The notes: generated by a model from the letters alone, not told the origin. DNA of 64,000 bases from an uncultured Chloroflexia bacterium (GCA_963765765.1 CAVXYC010000014.1:64001-128000), one strand, 5' to 3'; counted from the first letter of the stretch, positions 20,313 through 31,311 are shown. Program-made: numbers and translations.

Positions 20313-23300
20313 GTGGGTCTCACTCGCCTGGCCATCACGCGCCCGCTTGCCATCCTGATGTTTATCGTCTGCTTGGTGCTCCTGGGCGGCGTCTCCTACA
20401 CCAAGCTCCGTCAAGACCGTTTTCCGGCAATCAGCTTCCCGGCTGTATTCGTTCGCATCGACTATCCGGGCGCAGGTCCAGGCGATGTAGAAGATCTCAT
20501 TGCCAAGCCCATTGAGAATTCCGTTGCGGGCTTACCGGGCGTCGAGCTCCTGAGCTCCAATAGCTCCGAGGGCTCTGCCACCGTCAACATCCGATTTGTC
20601 GAAGGTACCGATACGAACCAGGCGGCGCTTGACGTGGAACGCCGACTGGCTGCGGTCCGTGGCCGCCTCCCTGTTGACGCGGGGGTCCCCAGTGTGACGA
20701 AGGCCGACGCAAGCGCCTTCCCAATTATGAACATTGCCATGTCGTCGGACAGGCGCTCGCTGGCCGACATCTTCTCCATGGCGAACGATGACATTCTGCC
20801 CAAGCTCCAGGCAGTTCCGGGCGTCGCCGACGTACAGATTCAGGGCGGCCTTCAGCGCGAGATCCAGATCGAGGTCGATTCGGCTCGCCTCCGCGCCTAC
20901 AACATCTCGATTCAAACCTTGAACAACGCGCTCACTCGAGAAAATGTGAGCACACCCGGCGGTCGAATAAACGATGGTGATCGCTCGGTCGGCGTGCGTG
21001 CCCTCGGCCAGCTCAAGACAGTCGACGACATCAGGAACCTGGTTATCTCGACCAATCCGCGCGTCGTTCGAATGGCCGACGTGGCTGACGTTTCCGATAC
21101 CTACCGGGAGCAGACACGGCTCCAGCGATTCAACGGCAACGACGCTGTCGGCTTCACCATCACGAAGCAGGCTGACGCCAACGGTGTTCAGGTCTCCAAC
21201 GATATTCAGAAGACACTTGCGCAGATTCGTTCCGGGGTACCGAACGATATCCAAATGGAGATCACCAGCGACGCTGCGTCGTTTACACGGAAGTCCATCA
21301 GCGCGGTTCAGACTGACCTTATCATTGCCGTTTTCCTGACCGGCCTTGTGCTCTTCTTCTTCCTGCACACCTGGCGGAACACGCTCATCGTGCTCCTCGC
21401 CATTCCGACCTGTCTTATCTCGACGCTGCTGATCATGTTCTTCGTGGGATTCAGTATCAACGTCATCACGCTCCTGGCGCTGGCGTTGACTATCGGCATT
21501 CTGGTTGATGACAGCATCGTGGTGCTCGAAAACATCAATCGGCATCTCGAACACGGCGAGAACGCTCGAGATGCGTCCCTGAAAGGCCGCAGCGAGATCG
21601 GACTCGCGGCGATCGCGATCACCCTGGTAGACGTGATCGTGTTCCTCCCCGTGAGCTTCATGACTGGCAACATTGGCCGGCTATTCAAAGAGTTCGGCGT
21701 GACGATCGCCGCGACGACGCTGCTCTCGCTCTTCGTTTCGTTCACGCTGACGCCCATGCTGGCCTCGCGTTGGCTTAAGCCCGGCCACGAGACCGGCCTG
21801 CTGGCTCGATTCGGCGCCGTCTGGGAGCGTGGCTATGACAAGATTGCCAGGGGATACCGCCGAGTCCTGGCCATTGGTCTGAAGCTTCGGTTTGCCGTAC
21901 TCGGCATTGGTCTGTGCAGCCTGGCAGTGTCGTACATGATGCTCCAGACGAACATGATCGGATCTGAGTACGCTCCTCCTGAAGACGATGGGCTCTTCCA
22001 GGTGAACATCTCGATGCCAGCCGGCACGTCGCTCGACGGCACAAACACTGTGACGCGCCGGGTTGAAACGATTCTCAAGCAGATTCCCGAAGTGCATGAC
22101 ATCTTTACATCCGTCGGTGGCGGCGGTGGTGGTGGTGGAGCGAACACACGCAATGCCTCGATCGCCGTTCAGCTCGCGGATCACAAGGAGCGGCACCGGA
22201 CCGTGTTTGAGGTGATCTCCGATTTCCGCCGACTGACTCGCGGTATCCCCGATGCCCAGATTCGAGCGAGCGTGCAGAACCCGCTCGCAGGCGGTGGTGG
22301 GGGTGGCATTGGCATCCGAGTTCAGGGTGACGACCTCAAGACGCTTGAAGAAGTGTCACTCCGGATCGAAGAAGTCGTTCGGAACACCGCGGGAACCGTT
22401 GACGTTCAGAATTCGGCCTCACAGCGTGACCCAGAGATCCGGGCTGTCCTCGATAGAGAGCGACTGGCCGACCTCCGTATAAGCGCTTCAGCCGCGGCTC
22501 AGGCGTTGCGCACCAGTGTTGGTGGTGTGGTTGTTACCCAGCTTCGCCCAGATGGCTCCGATCAGCTCGATATTAGAGTTGTCGCAAAGGACAGCGAGCG
22601 CAGTGACATTCAGGGAATAGGCGGCATCCCGCTCTTGACCGATACTGGCTCAATCGTTCGGCTCGACCAGGTCGCAACGATTACCAGTGACTCGGGTCCT
22701 GCCCGCATCGAACGGTCCGAAAGACAACGGCGAATCGACATCAACGCGGCCGTCTCCGGGCGCTCGCTCGGTGATGTGAGCCGCGACATTCGGACCGCGC
22801 TGGCTGCCACGCCAATGCCAGAGGGCTATCGCTGGGTGTTGGCAGGTCAGGTTCAGGCTATGGAGACAGCGACAACCACCCTGCTGTCCACCTTGGTCCT
22901 GTCCGTTATCTTGATCTACATGCTCATGGTCGCCCTGTTCGAGTCATGGCTCACGCCTCTGGCCATCATGTTCTCGTTGCCCGTAGCTCTGGTGGGCGCG
23001 TTCACAGGTCTGTGGATTACCGGCAACACCTTCAACATCTTCTCGCTCATTGGCATGATCATGCTCATGGGTCTTGTTGGGAAAAACGCAATTCTGTTGA
23101 TCGATTTCACCAATACGCTGAGAGCCCGAGGCTATGAACGCACGGAGGCGTTACTCGAGGCGGGTCAGACCCGTCTGAGACCAATCGTCATGACGACCTG
23201 CACGGTTATCTTTGCGATGCTTCCGTTGGCTCTCAAACTGGAGGCGGGAGGCGAGACTCGCGCACCAATGGCTGTAGTGATCATTGGCGGCGTATTGAGC

Positions 23301-23516
23301 TCCACAATTCTGACCCTGGTGCTCGTGCCGGGCGTCTACACGATGCTCGACGATCTTAAGACGTTCTTCGGACGACTGCGGCAGCCCAAACTGGCGCCGG
23401 CGACCGTGGCGCATGGTGAGGTGGCAGTTCCGGACTCGACCGCACCAGGTCGCGCTACAGGGCGACCGATCCGAGCGGAAGTCGCCCCACCGCCTGCTCA
23501 GGGTGGATCAGACTAA
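20313..23516 (+). CDS. RND efflux permease (AcrB/SwrC-like)
   Basis: LAITRP start, IGILVDDSIVVLENI, GLVGKNAILLID, TRLRPIVMT; two large extramembrane loops. Confidence 0.95.
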   Translation: MGLTRLAITRPLAILMFIVCLVLLGGVSYTKLRQDRFPAISFPAVFVRIDYPGAGPGDVEDLIAKPIENSVAGLPGVELLSSNSSEGSATVNIRFVEGTDTNQAALDVERRLAAVRGRLPVDAGVPSVTKADASAFPIMNIAMSSDRRSLADIFSMANDDILPKLQAVPGVADVQIQGGLQREIQIEVDSARLRAYNISIQTLNNALTRENVSTPGGRINDGDRSVGVRALGQLKTVDDIRNLVISTNPRVVRMADVADVSDTYREQTRLQRFNGNDAVGFTITKQADANGVQVSNDIQKTLAQIRSGVPNDIQMEITSDAASFTRKSISAVQTDLIIAVFLTGLVLFFFLHTWRNTLIVLLAIPTCLISTLLIMFFVGFSINVITLLALALTIGILVDDSIVVLENINRHLEHGENARDASLKGRSEIGLAAIAITLVDVIVFLPVSFMTGNIGRLFKEFGVTIAATTLLSLFVSFTLTPMLASRWLKPGHETGLLARFGAVWERGYDKIARGYRRVLAIGLKLRFAVLGIGLCSLAVSYMMLQTNMIGSEYAPPEDDGLFQVNISMPAGTSLDGTNTVTRRVETILKQIPEVHDIFTSVGGGGGGGGANTRNASIAVQLADHKERHRTVFEVISDFRRLTRGIPDAQIRASVQNPLAGGGGGGIGIRVQGDDLKTLEEVSLRIEEVVRNTAGTVDVQNSASQRDPEIRAVLDRERLADLRISASAAAQALRTSVGGVVVTQLRPDGSDQLDIRVVAKDSERSDIQGIGGIPLLTDTGSIVRLDQVATITSDSGPARIERSERQRRIDINAAVSGRSLGDVSRDIRTALAATPMPEGYRWVLAGQVQAMETATTTLLSTLVLSVILIYMLMVALFESWLTPLAIMFSLPVALVGAFTGLWITGNTFNIFSLIGMIMLMGLVGKNAILLIDFTNTLRARGYERTEALLEAGQTRLRPIVMTTCTVIFAMLPLALKLEAGGETRAPMAVVIIGGVLSSTILTLVLVPGVYTMLDDLKTFFGRLRQPKLAPATVAHGEVAVPDSTAPGRATGRPIRAEVAPPPAQGGSD

Positions 23517-23552
23517 ATCCGTCTTGCGCTAGTCAAATGGGACTGGCGAGTA

Positions 23553-23606
23553 GACAAGGATAAAGGAGCCGCCCCCGGCGATGGGAGCGGCTCCTTTATC
23601 CTTGTC
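23553..23606. terminator. Bidirectional terminator hairpin
   Basis: GACAAGGATAAAGGAGCCGC...GCGGCTCCTTTATCCTTGTC, 20-bp perfect arms between convergent genes. Confidence 0.8.
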
Positions 23607-23619
23607 GTGGCCGTGCGAC

Positions 23620-24432
23620 TCAGTACCCTGGGAAGATCTTACTTAGCGATCCCATACTGGCAGTATCTCCACTGACCTGCGCCGTTCCCGCGGCGACAGC
23701 TTTGTCAATGGGCTCTCGTCCAGCAACCAAACGTTCAAATGCCTCGGCCGGCATTTTCACTGTAAAGAGCGCACCACTTGGGAGTCCGCCCTCGACGGTC
23801 GCCTGCTCACCACCCGGATTCAGCGTGAATTGACGCGACGCGGGGCCATTGATGTCAAAGGCAACAGGGCGCCCACGCAACTCATCGAGACCATCACGCT
23901 TTGCCCTGTTGGGCAGTCGATCGACAACCATCGGAAGCAAGAGCGCTGCCGCGTTGTCTTCTAGCTTCAGCGAAGGATCGCTCTTCACCCGGATGTCCCA
24001 AACGTGTAATGACATCTCGTTCAAACGAGTCAGGAGCGCTTTGGGGAGTGGCAGATTGCCCGCGAAGGTGGGAATGATCTCATTGTGCTTTGACTCGGGA
24101 AGTGCTTCGAGGTAGGCGATCAGCTTCTCAGTACGGTCCTTGAATTGGGGGTAGACGTCCTGCGGAGCAAGACCATCAAAATAGCCCCAGATGGCCTGCC
24201 GACCCTCTGGGCTCAGCGCTTCGTTTCCGTCAAGCGCAGTCTCCAACGACTTCTGGAAGATCTCTGCACCGGATCCTAGATGTGAGATGACCTGGTAGTT
24301 CTTCCAGTTAGAGCAAAAGGAATCCTGTTCTACGTAAGACGCTGGATGAGACTCTACATCCTGAACAAGCGTCTGATACTCGCGCTTGACGGCGTCAAAT
24401 ACTTCCTGGAACGTTGGTTCGGGGTTCGCCAT
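23620..24432 (-). CDS. Maleylpyruvate isomerase-family (MDMPI/DinB fold) protein with SCP2-like C-terminus
   Basis: SFCSNW...QVISHL, RLNEMSLHVWDI, C-terminal AFERLVAGR...AQVSGD. Confidence 0.8.
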   Translation of the reverse strand: MANPEPTFQEVFDAVKREYQTLVQDVESHPASYVEQDSFCSNWKNYQVISHLGSGAEIFQKSLETALDGNEALSPEGRQAIWGYFDGLAPQDVYPQFKDRTEKLIAYLEALPESKHNEIIPTFAGNLPLPKALLTRLNEMSLHVWDIRVKSDPSLKLEDNAAALLLPMVVDRLPNRAKRDGLDELRGRPVAFDINGPASRQFTLNPGGEQATVEGGLPSGALFTVKMPAEAFERLVAGREPIDKAVAAGTAQVSGDTASMGSLSKIFPGY

Positions 24433-24589
24433 AGCGTGTGTCCTCGATGCGGTGCGAAACTTGGTCGCACCGCAATAGGTGCGACTCGCAGACGATAGCC
24501 CAGCGTCAACTGTGGGTCAAGCGCTCTTGAGCCAAGTGCGTCCCGATCCCGACGTCTGCGGTACTGAGCATCAGACCATCATTTGACGT

Positions 24590-24632
24590 GCACAAAGCGC
24601 CCTGCAGTGCAGCACTGCAGGGCGCTTTGTGC
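24590..24632 (-). terminator. Perfect 21-bp-arm palindrome downstream of the LLM gene
   Basis: GCACAAAGCGCCCTGCAGTGC-A-GCACTGCAGGGCGCTTTGTGC. Confidence 0.65.
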
Positions 24633-24648
24633 GGGCAGTCTTCGCCCC

Positions 24649-25749
24649 TTACTTGAATGCTGGAATAACTTCCTCACCGAACAACTTGACCGAGTTATCG
24701 ATGATCTCGGGCGGCATCGCGCCAATTTGATGATTGGCCGTGAATAGGTCCAGGCCCATCTTCTCCTTGGCAGCCTTGAGCCGCTGAATCACCGTCTCGG
24801 GGCTCCCCACGATGGCAAGCCCGTTATCGATACTGAACTCGTATGACTGGGCTGCTTCGCGGAACACGCGTCCGCGCTCGGCGTCATCCGGGCGATGACC
24901 GTCCGTGCCCATCCCACGAGGGTCTGAGCCCCAACCGACGCGCGTCTGTGCGATTTTTCCGCCACCAACGGGGTTCGTATCTCGCGCGTTCATGATGTAG
25001 TGTCGAGCTTCCTCGTGCGCCTTCTCATCTGTCTCAGCGACGTGAACGTGGCGTTGGAGGAAGGTTCTTGGCATCTCACCGCCGTGGTTGTAGCTCTTCC
25101 ACTGACTGCGGAAATAGTCGAACTTCTGGGTGATGTTCTCGTCCGTGTCGATGTTCTGCGCCACGTGATAGTTGTTGCGCGCGGCGTAGTCCAGCGCGGC
25201 GGGGCTGTGTGCGGCAGCCCAGATCGGCGGGCACGGTTTCTGGAATGGCATGGGCGCCGGCAACGCCTCGTCGAACTTCCAGAACTTGCCCTCGAACGTG
25301 ACTTCGCCCGTCTTCCATGCCATCTGAACAATCTTCATCGTCTCTTCGGACATCGCCGCGCGCTCGTAGAAGTTCAGGCCCCAGCGAATAAACTCGTGCT
25401 CATGCACGCCGATCCCGCTGCCAAACTCGACCCGCCCGTGAGAGAGGTTGTCCAGCATGGCGACTTCTTCGGCGAGTCGCACAGGATTGTGGAACGGAAT
25501 CTGCCAGACCATCGCTCCCAGGCGCAATTTGCTCGTATGGCTGGCAATGGCAGTGAGATACACGCTTGGTGACGTGCACTGGCCCACCGGGGAATTTTGA
25601 TGCTCGATCACCCAGTACGAGTGATAGCCGAGCTTTTCCAGATTCTGAGCAATGCCAATGCGGCGGTCGTACACCTCGGCAGCGGTTGCTGCCTTGTCCA
25701 TCTCATAGCCACCAAGCGAATCCCAGTATCCAAAGTCAAGGGAGCTCAT
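24649..25749 (-). CDS. LLM-class flavin-dependent oxidoreductase
   Basis: WVIEH, NPVRLAEEVAMLDNLSHGRVEFGSG, P.QKP.PPIW, IVGSPETV, LFGEEVIPAF. Confidence 0.92.
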   Translation of the reverse strand: MSSLDFGYWDSLGGYEMDKAATAAEVYDRRIGIAQNLEKLGYHSYWVIEHQNSPVGQCTSPSVYLTAIASHTSKLRLGAMVWQIPFHNPVRLAEEVAMLDNLSHGRVEFGSGIGVHEHEFIRWGLNFYERAAMSEETMKIVQMAWKTGEVTFEGKFWKFDEALPAPMPFQKPCPPIWAAAHSPAALDYAARNNYHVAQNIDTDENITQKFDYFRSQWKSYNHGGEMPRTFLQRHVHVAETDEKAHEEARHYIMNARDTNPVGGGKIAQTRVGWGSDPRGMGTDGHRPDDAERGRVFREAAQSYEFSIDNGLAIVGSPETVIQRLKAAKEKMGLDLFTANHQIGAMPPEIIDNSVKLFGEEVIPAFK

Positions 25750-25938
25750 TGGGCGCTGCCTCCGTGCGATTCAAATCAACGCGATGGACACGAGTATACC
25801 GGCTTGGATTGTCCATTGGCGGAGGTCTTCCCGAACGGTTCTTTGGACTGGGGCGTTTTCGCCGCAGTCAAAGGGCTGGCGCCCAGATCTATTGCCGGCA
25901 GCTCACGGAGAGCGGCTTTCGGCTCGAGTCGTCAACGC

Positions 25939-26487
25939 CTAACGCTTGACGGTGACTGTGGTATTTCGTGAGGGCGTCGTGAGGGCCGCCGTCCTTACTC
26001 GCAGCCCAGCGTAGGCAGGCTCGCTCTTCAGGCCCTTCTTGTCCCCTTGCCCGAGCCACGATTGTGTGAGACCCGTACGAGTCACCCGCAGTGTCCAGGA
26101 TTGAGCGCAGGATGTGCGGCCATTGCAGTCGAAGCGATTTTCGCGGTCCAGAGCGCGCTCGCCCGCATCCTCGCCTTCCCAGGAGATCCAGTCGAGGCTA
26201 TCGTCGTCGTTTCCATAGACCACGATTCTGACAGTATTTCCCGATTTAATCTTGGAATCACTCACCTAGATCGACACTGTGGGGACTCGATCTTTGACCA
26301 CCATCGCTTTCGCGGTCGACGTCGCCTGCACGGTAGCAGTGGGTAGCGTCGTGGACGTTGCCTTGATTTGCTCGGACGCGCCTACGGGAACCGGCGAAGG
26401 GATCGAGATACTCGTCAATCGCGGAACTGGAGTCGAGGCCGCCGCGGGCAGAGACGCCCGCCCTACGGAGGGCAAGGGGCTCCGCAT
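25939..26487 (-). pseudogene. Degraded Pro/Thr-linker plus Ig-like domain gene with an in-frame TAG at 26266-26268
   Basis: ORFs 26266-26487 and 25939-26265 are in one frame (PTVSI*VSDSKIKSG); compensating indels near 26050-26070 hide HTIVARARD. Confidence 0.5.
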
Positions 26488-26596
26488 CCGTTCTTGATGG
26501 CGCGGTAATGACTCGGCTAAGGTGCCTATGCGGAGCTCGGCATTTCAGACGAGCTCCAGTTCTGGCCTTCGCCCAGTGCCGAATCACCAATCCCGC

Positions 26597-28075
26597 ATGA
26601 CTCGATTCCTCCGCTCCGCGTTCTCAAGCGCTCGCCGCCATCCAGATGCGGCCTGCATCCTTCTCGTGGTGATCGTTGCCACGCTCATGCGGCTGGCGTT
26701 CACCTACCGAGCACCGGTGTTTCTACGCCCGGACAGCATTGGATACTTCCAGTCAGGCTATGAGCTGGCCCGCGGAATCGATCTCGACATACCTATCCGA
26801 CGCACTCCGGGCTACCCACTCTTCCTGGCAGCCACCATCTGGAGCGTGGGCGAAGACTTCCAGACCATCGCTTTGATCCAGCACATTCTGGGCGTTATTA
26901 CAGCCGTCCTCGCGTACCTCATCGGTCGGCGACTCTTCTCGCCACTGGCAGGCCTCGTGGCTGGTTTACTGGTTGCATTCTCCGGCCCGCTGATCGTGTT
27001 CGAGCATTACCTCATGTCCGAGCCGCTATTTACGCTCTTCGTTACGACGGCCGTCTGGCTATCCGTCTGGGGACTTCAGGAACGCTCCCTGCGCCTGCTC
27101 AGCATCGCGGGCTGCGCCGTGGGCCTGGCTTACCTGGCTCGACCAGTTGGCGGCGCGCTCGTTCCGATCGTTGGGCTCGCTGGCATGCTGCTTTACGGAA
27201 CTGTTCGGCAGAGGCTGGCGCGGGGCATAGCCGTCGCCGGAGGATTCGCCTTGATTCTTACGCCCGTGCTGATTGCGGCGCAGATAAGCGAATCCGAAGC
27301 CGCGCCAGCGCTCGGGCAGACGCTTTACGGGCGCTTCGTACGCCATGACGAACGAATTGTCTATCCATCGCCGGATTCTCCCGCGCCCTTTGACGATCCC
27401 ACGAGGGCGGAGGCGCGCAGAACGATCCTTCAGCTGGCGGCCCGCGACTCACGACCAAGCGCGGTCAATCACCGCCTACAGGAGTCGCTAGGTCTCACGC
27501 CGCAACAGGCCGATCGCGCGCTTAGAGATTTTGGAATGGAGCTCATCACCACCCAAACCGACCGTTATCTGCTGGGCTCCTACAACAAATTTCGGGCGAT
27601 TCTTCTGGGCGAGACGGAGCGGCTGACGTTCCACTGGAACAGTCGCGTGGACAAGGAGATGCGCGAGGCCTGGACCTCAAACGCCACGATTGCACATGCC
27701 CTCACACCGCCCACTGACATTCAGCGACGTGAGCAGCCGATGACCGAGGCGTTGCTGCGCGTGTTCCAACCAGCGCAGCATCGATTGCTACTGGGAGCGC
27801 TGATGGCAGTGGGACTGGCGTTCGCGGTTGTTCGGCCTCAGTCCCGCCCCGCCTGGATTATTCCCATCGCCACGCTAGCACTCGTTATACCGGCGGCGTT
27901 CTTGGTGGGTCAGGTCCCGCGATACCGATACCCGGCTGATCCGATGCTCGCGGCAATCGTCGGCGGCGGAGTCTCGGCCGTCTTTAGCCTCGCGGCCATG
28001 GGCTGGTCACGCATTCGGGCGACGCGCGGGAGTCAAGCTCCAGATCTAGCCTCAGCCTCCGCCGGCTCCCGATAG
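26597..28075 (+). CDS. GT-C fold membrane glycosyltransferase (ArnT/PMT, GT39-like)
   Basis: First-loop PDS.GY, RTPGYPLFL, MSEPLF, RP, PRYRYP; many TM helices. Confidence 0.8.
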   Translation: MTRFLRSAFSSARRHPDAACILLVVIVATLMRLAFTYRAPVFLRPDSIGYFQSGYELARGIDLDIPIRRTPGYPLFLAATIWSVGEDFQTIALIQHILGVITAVLAYLIGRRLFSPLAGLVAGLLVAFSGPLIVFEHYLMSEPLFTLFVTTAVWLSVWGLQERSLRLLSIAGCAVGLAYLARPVGGALVPIVGLAGMLLYGTVRQRLARGIAVAGGFALILTPVLIAAQISESEAAPALGQTLYGRFVRHDERIVYPSPDSPAPFDDPTRAEARRTILQLAARDSRPSAVNHRLQESLGLTPQQADRALRDFGMELITTQTDRYLLGSYNKFRAILLGETERLTFHWNSRVDKEMREAWTSNATIAHALTPPTDIQRREQPMTEALLRVFQPAQHRLLLGALMAVGLAFAVVRPQSRPAWIIPIATLALVIPAAFLVGQVPRYRYPADPMLAAIVGGGVSAVFSLAAMGWSRIRATRGSQAPDLASASAGSR

Positions 28076-29187
28076 GCTCCACGGCGCGCCCAGAGCATCC
28101 AGGCCACGAGGACCGCTCCTATGAGCGTGCCCGTGGCAACGAGGGTGTAGCGCACAGCATCCGAGGATATCCATGACCAGCGGAAGTGGACCATGCTGGC
28201 AATCATGCAAAGGATGAGAGCTACGACTACCCCATTTCCGCGTCCGCGAGCCTGCTGCAGCAGGAGAGCAACCAGCGGAATGACCAGTGGAAATAGATGC
28301 GAGAGATTACGGCTTTCGTCTCCTCGAGAGACGAGAAGCTGGGCAACTACCAACGTGCCATAAACTCGGAGCCACCCCGGGGCACTGCGCCAGCCCAGGA
28401 GGATGGCGACCCAGGCCACGCCGAAGAGCGAGTACACGTCCAGCAGGTCGCCGATCCGGGGTACGCGCTGGACGTATCCCGTGTAATTCAGCGAACGGAC
28501 CCCGTCCAGGCCAGAGCCGAGCATGCCCATCGCGCCGAGCTTGCCTACGACAACGATCGCCAGCGCTATCACCGGAATCGCGCACACAATCATCGCTCGC
28601 AGCCAGGCCGCCGAATCGCGCGTGGGCCAGCGCGCTACGAGATACGTCGGCAAGAGGATGAGCGCAGTCTCCCGATTCAGCACACCGATGGTGAGGAGGA
28701 TGCAGAAGAGGCCGTCATGCCTCGTCATGAGGGCGAGTAGACTGGCGATCGTGAGCGCGTACGTCAGCGAATCGACATAGGTGGGCGTGGTGAGCATCCG
28801 GATCACCACGGACGAGCACAGGAACACCACCAACGCGCCCTGGCTCGAGCTCGCGTCGTACCCGAGCTGCCGAGTGAACACGTACAGGAGCGTGGCTGTT
28901 GCGACGAGCGCTACGACTGTAATTGCTGTAAACGCCGACTCCGTATCAAGGGGAATGATCGACGCTAGCCATGGTGTCAGCAGACGGAACGTATACGGCA
29001 GTCGCGCCGGGTCCGCGATGTTCTCAGCGAGTCGTCCATAGTACTGGGTGTCGTCCTTGAACACACCCGCTCGATGCGTTCCCCAGAGGTACAACATGCT
29101 GATGACTACCGTGGAAACCAGGCTCACCAGCAGCCATTCACGCGGCTCCAGGCGGACGGTAGACGGCCGCGACGCAGCAAGTGACAT
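28033..29187 (-). CDS. Polytopic membrane protein, probable GT-C glycosyltransferase
   Basis: DDTQYY first loop, PYTFRLLTP, GVLNRE; about ten hydrophobic segments. Confidence 0.6.
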   Translation of the reverse strand: MSLAASRPSTVRLEPREWLLVSLVSTVVISMLYLWGTHRAGVFKDDTQYYGRLAENIADPARLPYTFRLLTPWLASIIPLDTESAFTAITVVALVATATLLYVFTRQLGYDASSSQGALVVFLCSSVVIRMLTTPTYVDSLTYALTIASLLALMTRHDGLFCILLTIGVLNRETALILLPTYLVARWPTRDSAAWLRAMIVCAIPVIALAIVVVGKLGAMGMLGSGLDGVRSLNYTGYVQRVPRIGDLLDVYSLFGVAWVAILLGWRSAPGWLRVYGTLVVAQLLVSRGDESRNLSHLFPLVIPLVALLLQQARGRGNGVVVALILCMIASMVHFRWSWISSDAVRYTLVATGTLIGAVLVAWMLWARRGAYREPAEAEARSGA

Positions 29188-29268
29188 ACGCGGATTGTAG
29201 ACTGATCCACCACGGACTTGGCCGTAGCGGAGCCTCTGCCAAGCCTCCTCCGTTACACTTTCCGAGCC

Positions 29269-31230
29269 ATGGATGCCTCTCGCGCTGCCGAGCCGGCGCG
29301 GCGGGTGCCCGCCCTCACAGAAATCGCCGCTCGCTACGCTGTCATCCTGGAGCTTTCAGGCTTCGCGCTCATTCTGGGACTGGCAGCCTGGCTGCGACTG
29401 CCGAACATCGATGCCTACACCGGCAAATTCGATGAGGGCATCCGCACCGCGCAGCTCATGCTTATGTCCCACGGATTCCGGCCCGTGCGTGACATCTTCG
29501 CCTCGCAGGGCCCGCTTTCGCTCGATATCTTCTTCCCGTTCTGGGAGCTTTCCGGGGGAACGCTCGGCGGTGCACGGCTGGGGGTGGTTATCTACTCGCT
29601 CGTCGCGATCCTACTCGCCGGGGCCATTGCTCGAAATATCGGCGGCACGGTCGCTGGGGTCGCTACGGCGGTGGTGCTGGCGATCAGTCCAACGTTTCTG
29701 AAGAACTCGCGACTGGCACTCGTAGAGATTCCCGCACTTGTGCCCGCGCTGGGCGCACTGATCGTCATTCTTCACGGCCGCAAGCGACATTCAACGCTGG
29801 CTGCCGGGGCTGGGGCCGTACTGCTCGCGACAGCGTTGATGGTGAAGCCCATGGTTGCGCCCGTTCTGGCGCCCTTCGCCGCATTGCTAATGCTTCGGCG
29901 GATAGAGCCCAAACGCTGGGTTTCGGATCTGCTGATCGCCGGCATCGCTGGAGCCGCCATGCTTTCGATCATTGCTCTGGCCTTCGGACCAGAAAGACTC
30001 TTCGACCAGGTGGTGCGTTACCGCCAGGGATCTGTTGCTGTCGAGAAGTGGAGCTTCGGGGAGAACTGGCGGTTGATCGCCGATGAGCTGGTCAATGAGC
30101 AGATCGGCTTTTTCGCGCTTGCTGGATTGGGGCTACTCGCACTGCTGCGCTGGCGTCCCGACTTCGCCATCGCGGCATTGCTCTGGATCGGCGCAAGCTT
30201 CTGGCTGCTCATCACCTACGTGCCGCTGCAAATCAAGCACGACACAATATTGCTTCCGCCCCTGTGCATCGTGGCCGGAGCAGGGTTGGGAGTGCTCATT
30301 CAGCAGGTGCGCGAAGCTCAGGGTCGGGCGCTGTCCACCGCGCTCGCGGCCATAGTCGTCATCGTCGTCGGTGCCTACGTCGTGGGCACGCCCAGCATCC
30401 TGGCGAAGAATCGTCAGACGATCAATGTCGCCGGTGAAGGCCGCGCCGATCTCTATCCCGACGAGACGGACCTGATCCAGGCAATCACCCGACCGAACGG
30501 CTTCATGATCACCGACGATCCGTTCATCGCCTACAGCTCCGATCGGCTTGTGCCCCCGCTGCTCGTTGACACCTCATACTATCGAATTCGCTCCGGCTCG
30601 CTGAGCCCGCAAGACGTCATCGACGCGGCAACGACCTTTGACGTGAAGACCCTCTTTCTGTTTACCGATGGACTGCGCGAGCTGCGCCGATTCGCCGACT
30701 ACGTGGATGAGAACTACCAGGTCGTTAGCACGCAGGAGCGACGCAACGGCAAGGACCGATCCATCTATCTTCGTCGAGACGCGGATCTCCCCGCGGCGCG
30801 ATCCTGGCTGGAGCAGCGGCTGGATGACAAGGTCAGCGTGAGCTTTGCGAATCAGCTCCGACTGAACGGCTATGCGCTGGATCGACGCGAGATTCGCCCC
30901 GGTGGAAGCCTGGAGCTCACGCTGGCCTGGGAGGCCGTGGGTGTGGCTCCGGTGGATTACCGCATCGTCACGATCCTGCGCGGACCAGACGGTCAGCCGG
31001 TTGAGCAGAGTGAGCGCTCGCTCAGCGGCGGAGGCGCTGGCACGAGCCGCTGGGACATAGGGCGCTGGATATACCGAACGACCACGCTAGATATCCGTCG
31101 CGCCCGCCAACCAGGTGACTACACGCTCGCCGTAGGACTTTACGACTCTCGCGCCCGCCAGCTCGCCCCAATCACCGCGGGCGGCTCGGGCGAAGACAAA
31201 GTCATTGCCACGCTGAGGATGCGGCAGTAG
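29269..31230 (+). CDS. GT39/ArnT-like glycosyltransferase with a soluble C-terminal domain
   Basis: FDEG motif, SQGP, VKP; C-terminal F...L.LNGY, L.LAW, PGDY.L.VGLYD. Confidence 0.8.
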   Translation: MDASRAAEPARRVPALTEIAARYAVILELSGFALILGLAAWLRLPNIDAYTGKFDEGIRTAQLMLMSHGFRPVRDIFASQGPLSLDIFFPFWELSGGTLGGARLGVVIYSLVAILLAGAIARNIGGTVAGVATAVVLAISPTFLKNSRLALVEIPALVPALGALIVILHGRKRHSTLAAGAGAVLLATALMVKPMVAPVLAPFAALLMLRRIEPKRWVSDLLIAGIAGAAMLSIIALAFGPERLFDQVVRYRQGSVAVEKWSFGENWRLIADELVNEQIGFFALAGLGLLALLRWRPDFAIAALLWIGASFWLLITYVPLQIKHDTILLPPLCIVAGAGLGVLIQQVREAQGRALSTALAAIVVIVVGAYVVGTPSILAKNRQTINVAGEGRADLYPDETDLIQAITRPNGFMITDDPFIAYSSDRLVPPLLVDTSYYRIRSGSLSPQDVIDAATTFDVKTLFLFTDGLRELRRFADYVDENYQVVSTQERRNGKDRSIYLRRDADLPAARSWLEQRLDDKVSVSFANQLRLNGYALDRREIRPGGSLELTLAWEAVGVAPVDYRIVTILRGPDGQPVEQSERSLSGGGAGTSRWDIGRWIYRTTTLDIRRARQPGDYTLAVGLYDSRARQLAPITAGGSGEDKVIATLRMRQ

Positions 31231-31232
31231 CT

Positions 31233-31311
31233 GGCTCATTGGCTCCCTGGGTCTCAGAGGTCCCCTTTACCTGCTGAATGAGGCCTATGAGACCCAGGGA
31301 ACCAATGAGCC
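31233..31311. repeat. Long inverted repeat (terminator or MITE-like)
   Basis: GGCTCATTGGCTCCCTGGGTCTCA ... TGAGACCCAGGGAACCAATGAGCC, 24-bp arms with one mismatch, between convergent GT genes. Confidence 0.7.

Noticed and set aside
26266-26268. In-frame TAG as possible pyrrolysine or stop-codon readthrough
   Set aside because: Single case, no pyl genes in the window, TAG ends normal genes here, and the same ORF has other lesions; decay or error is simpler.
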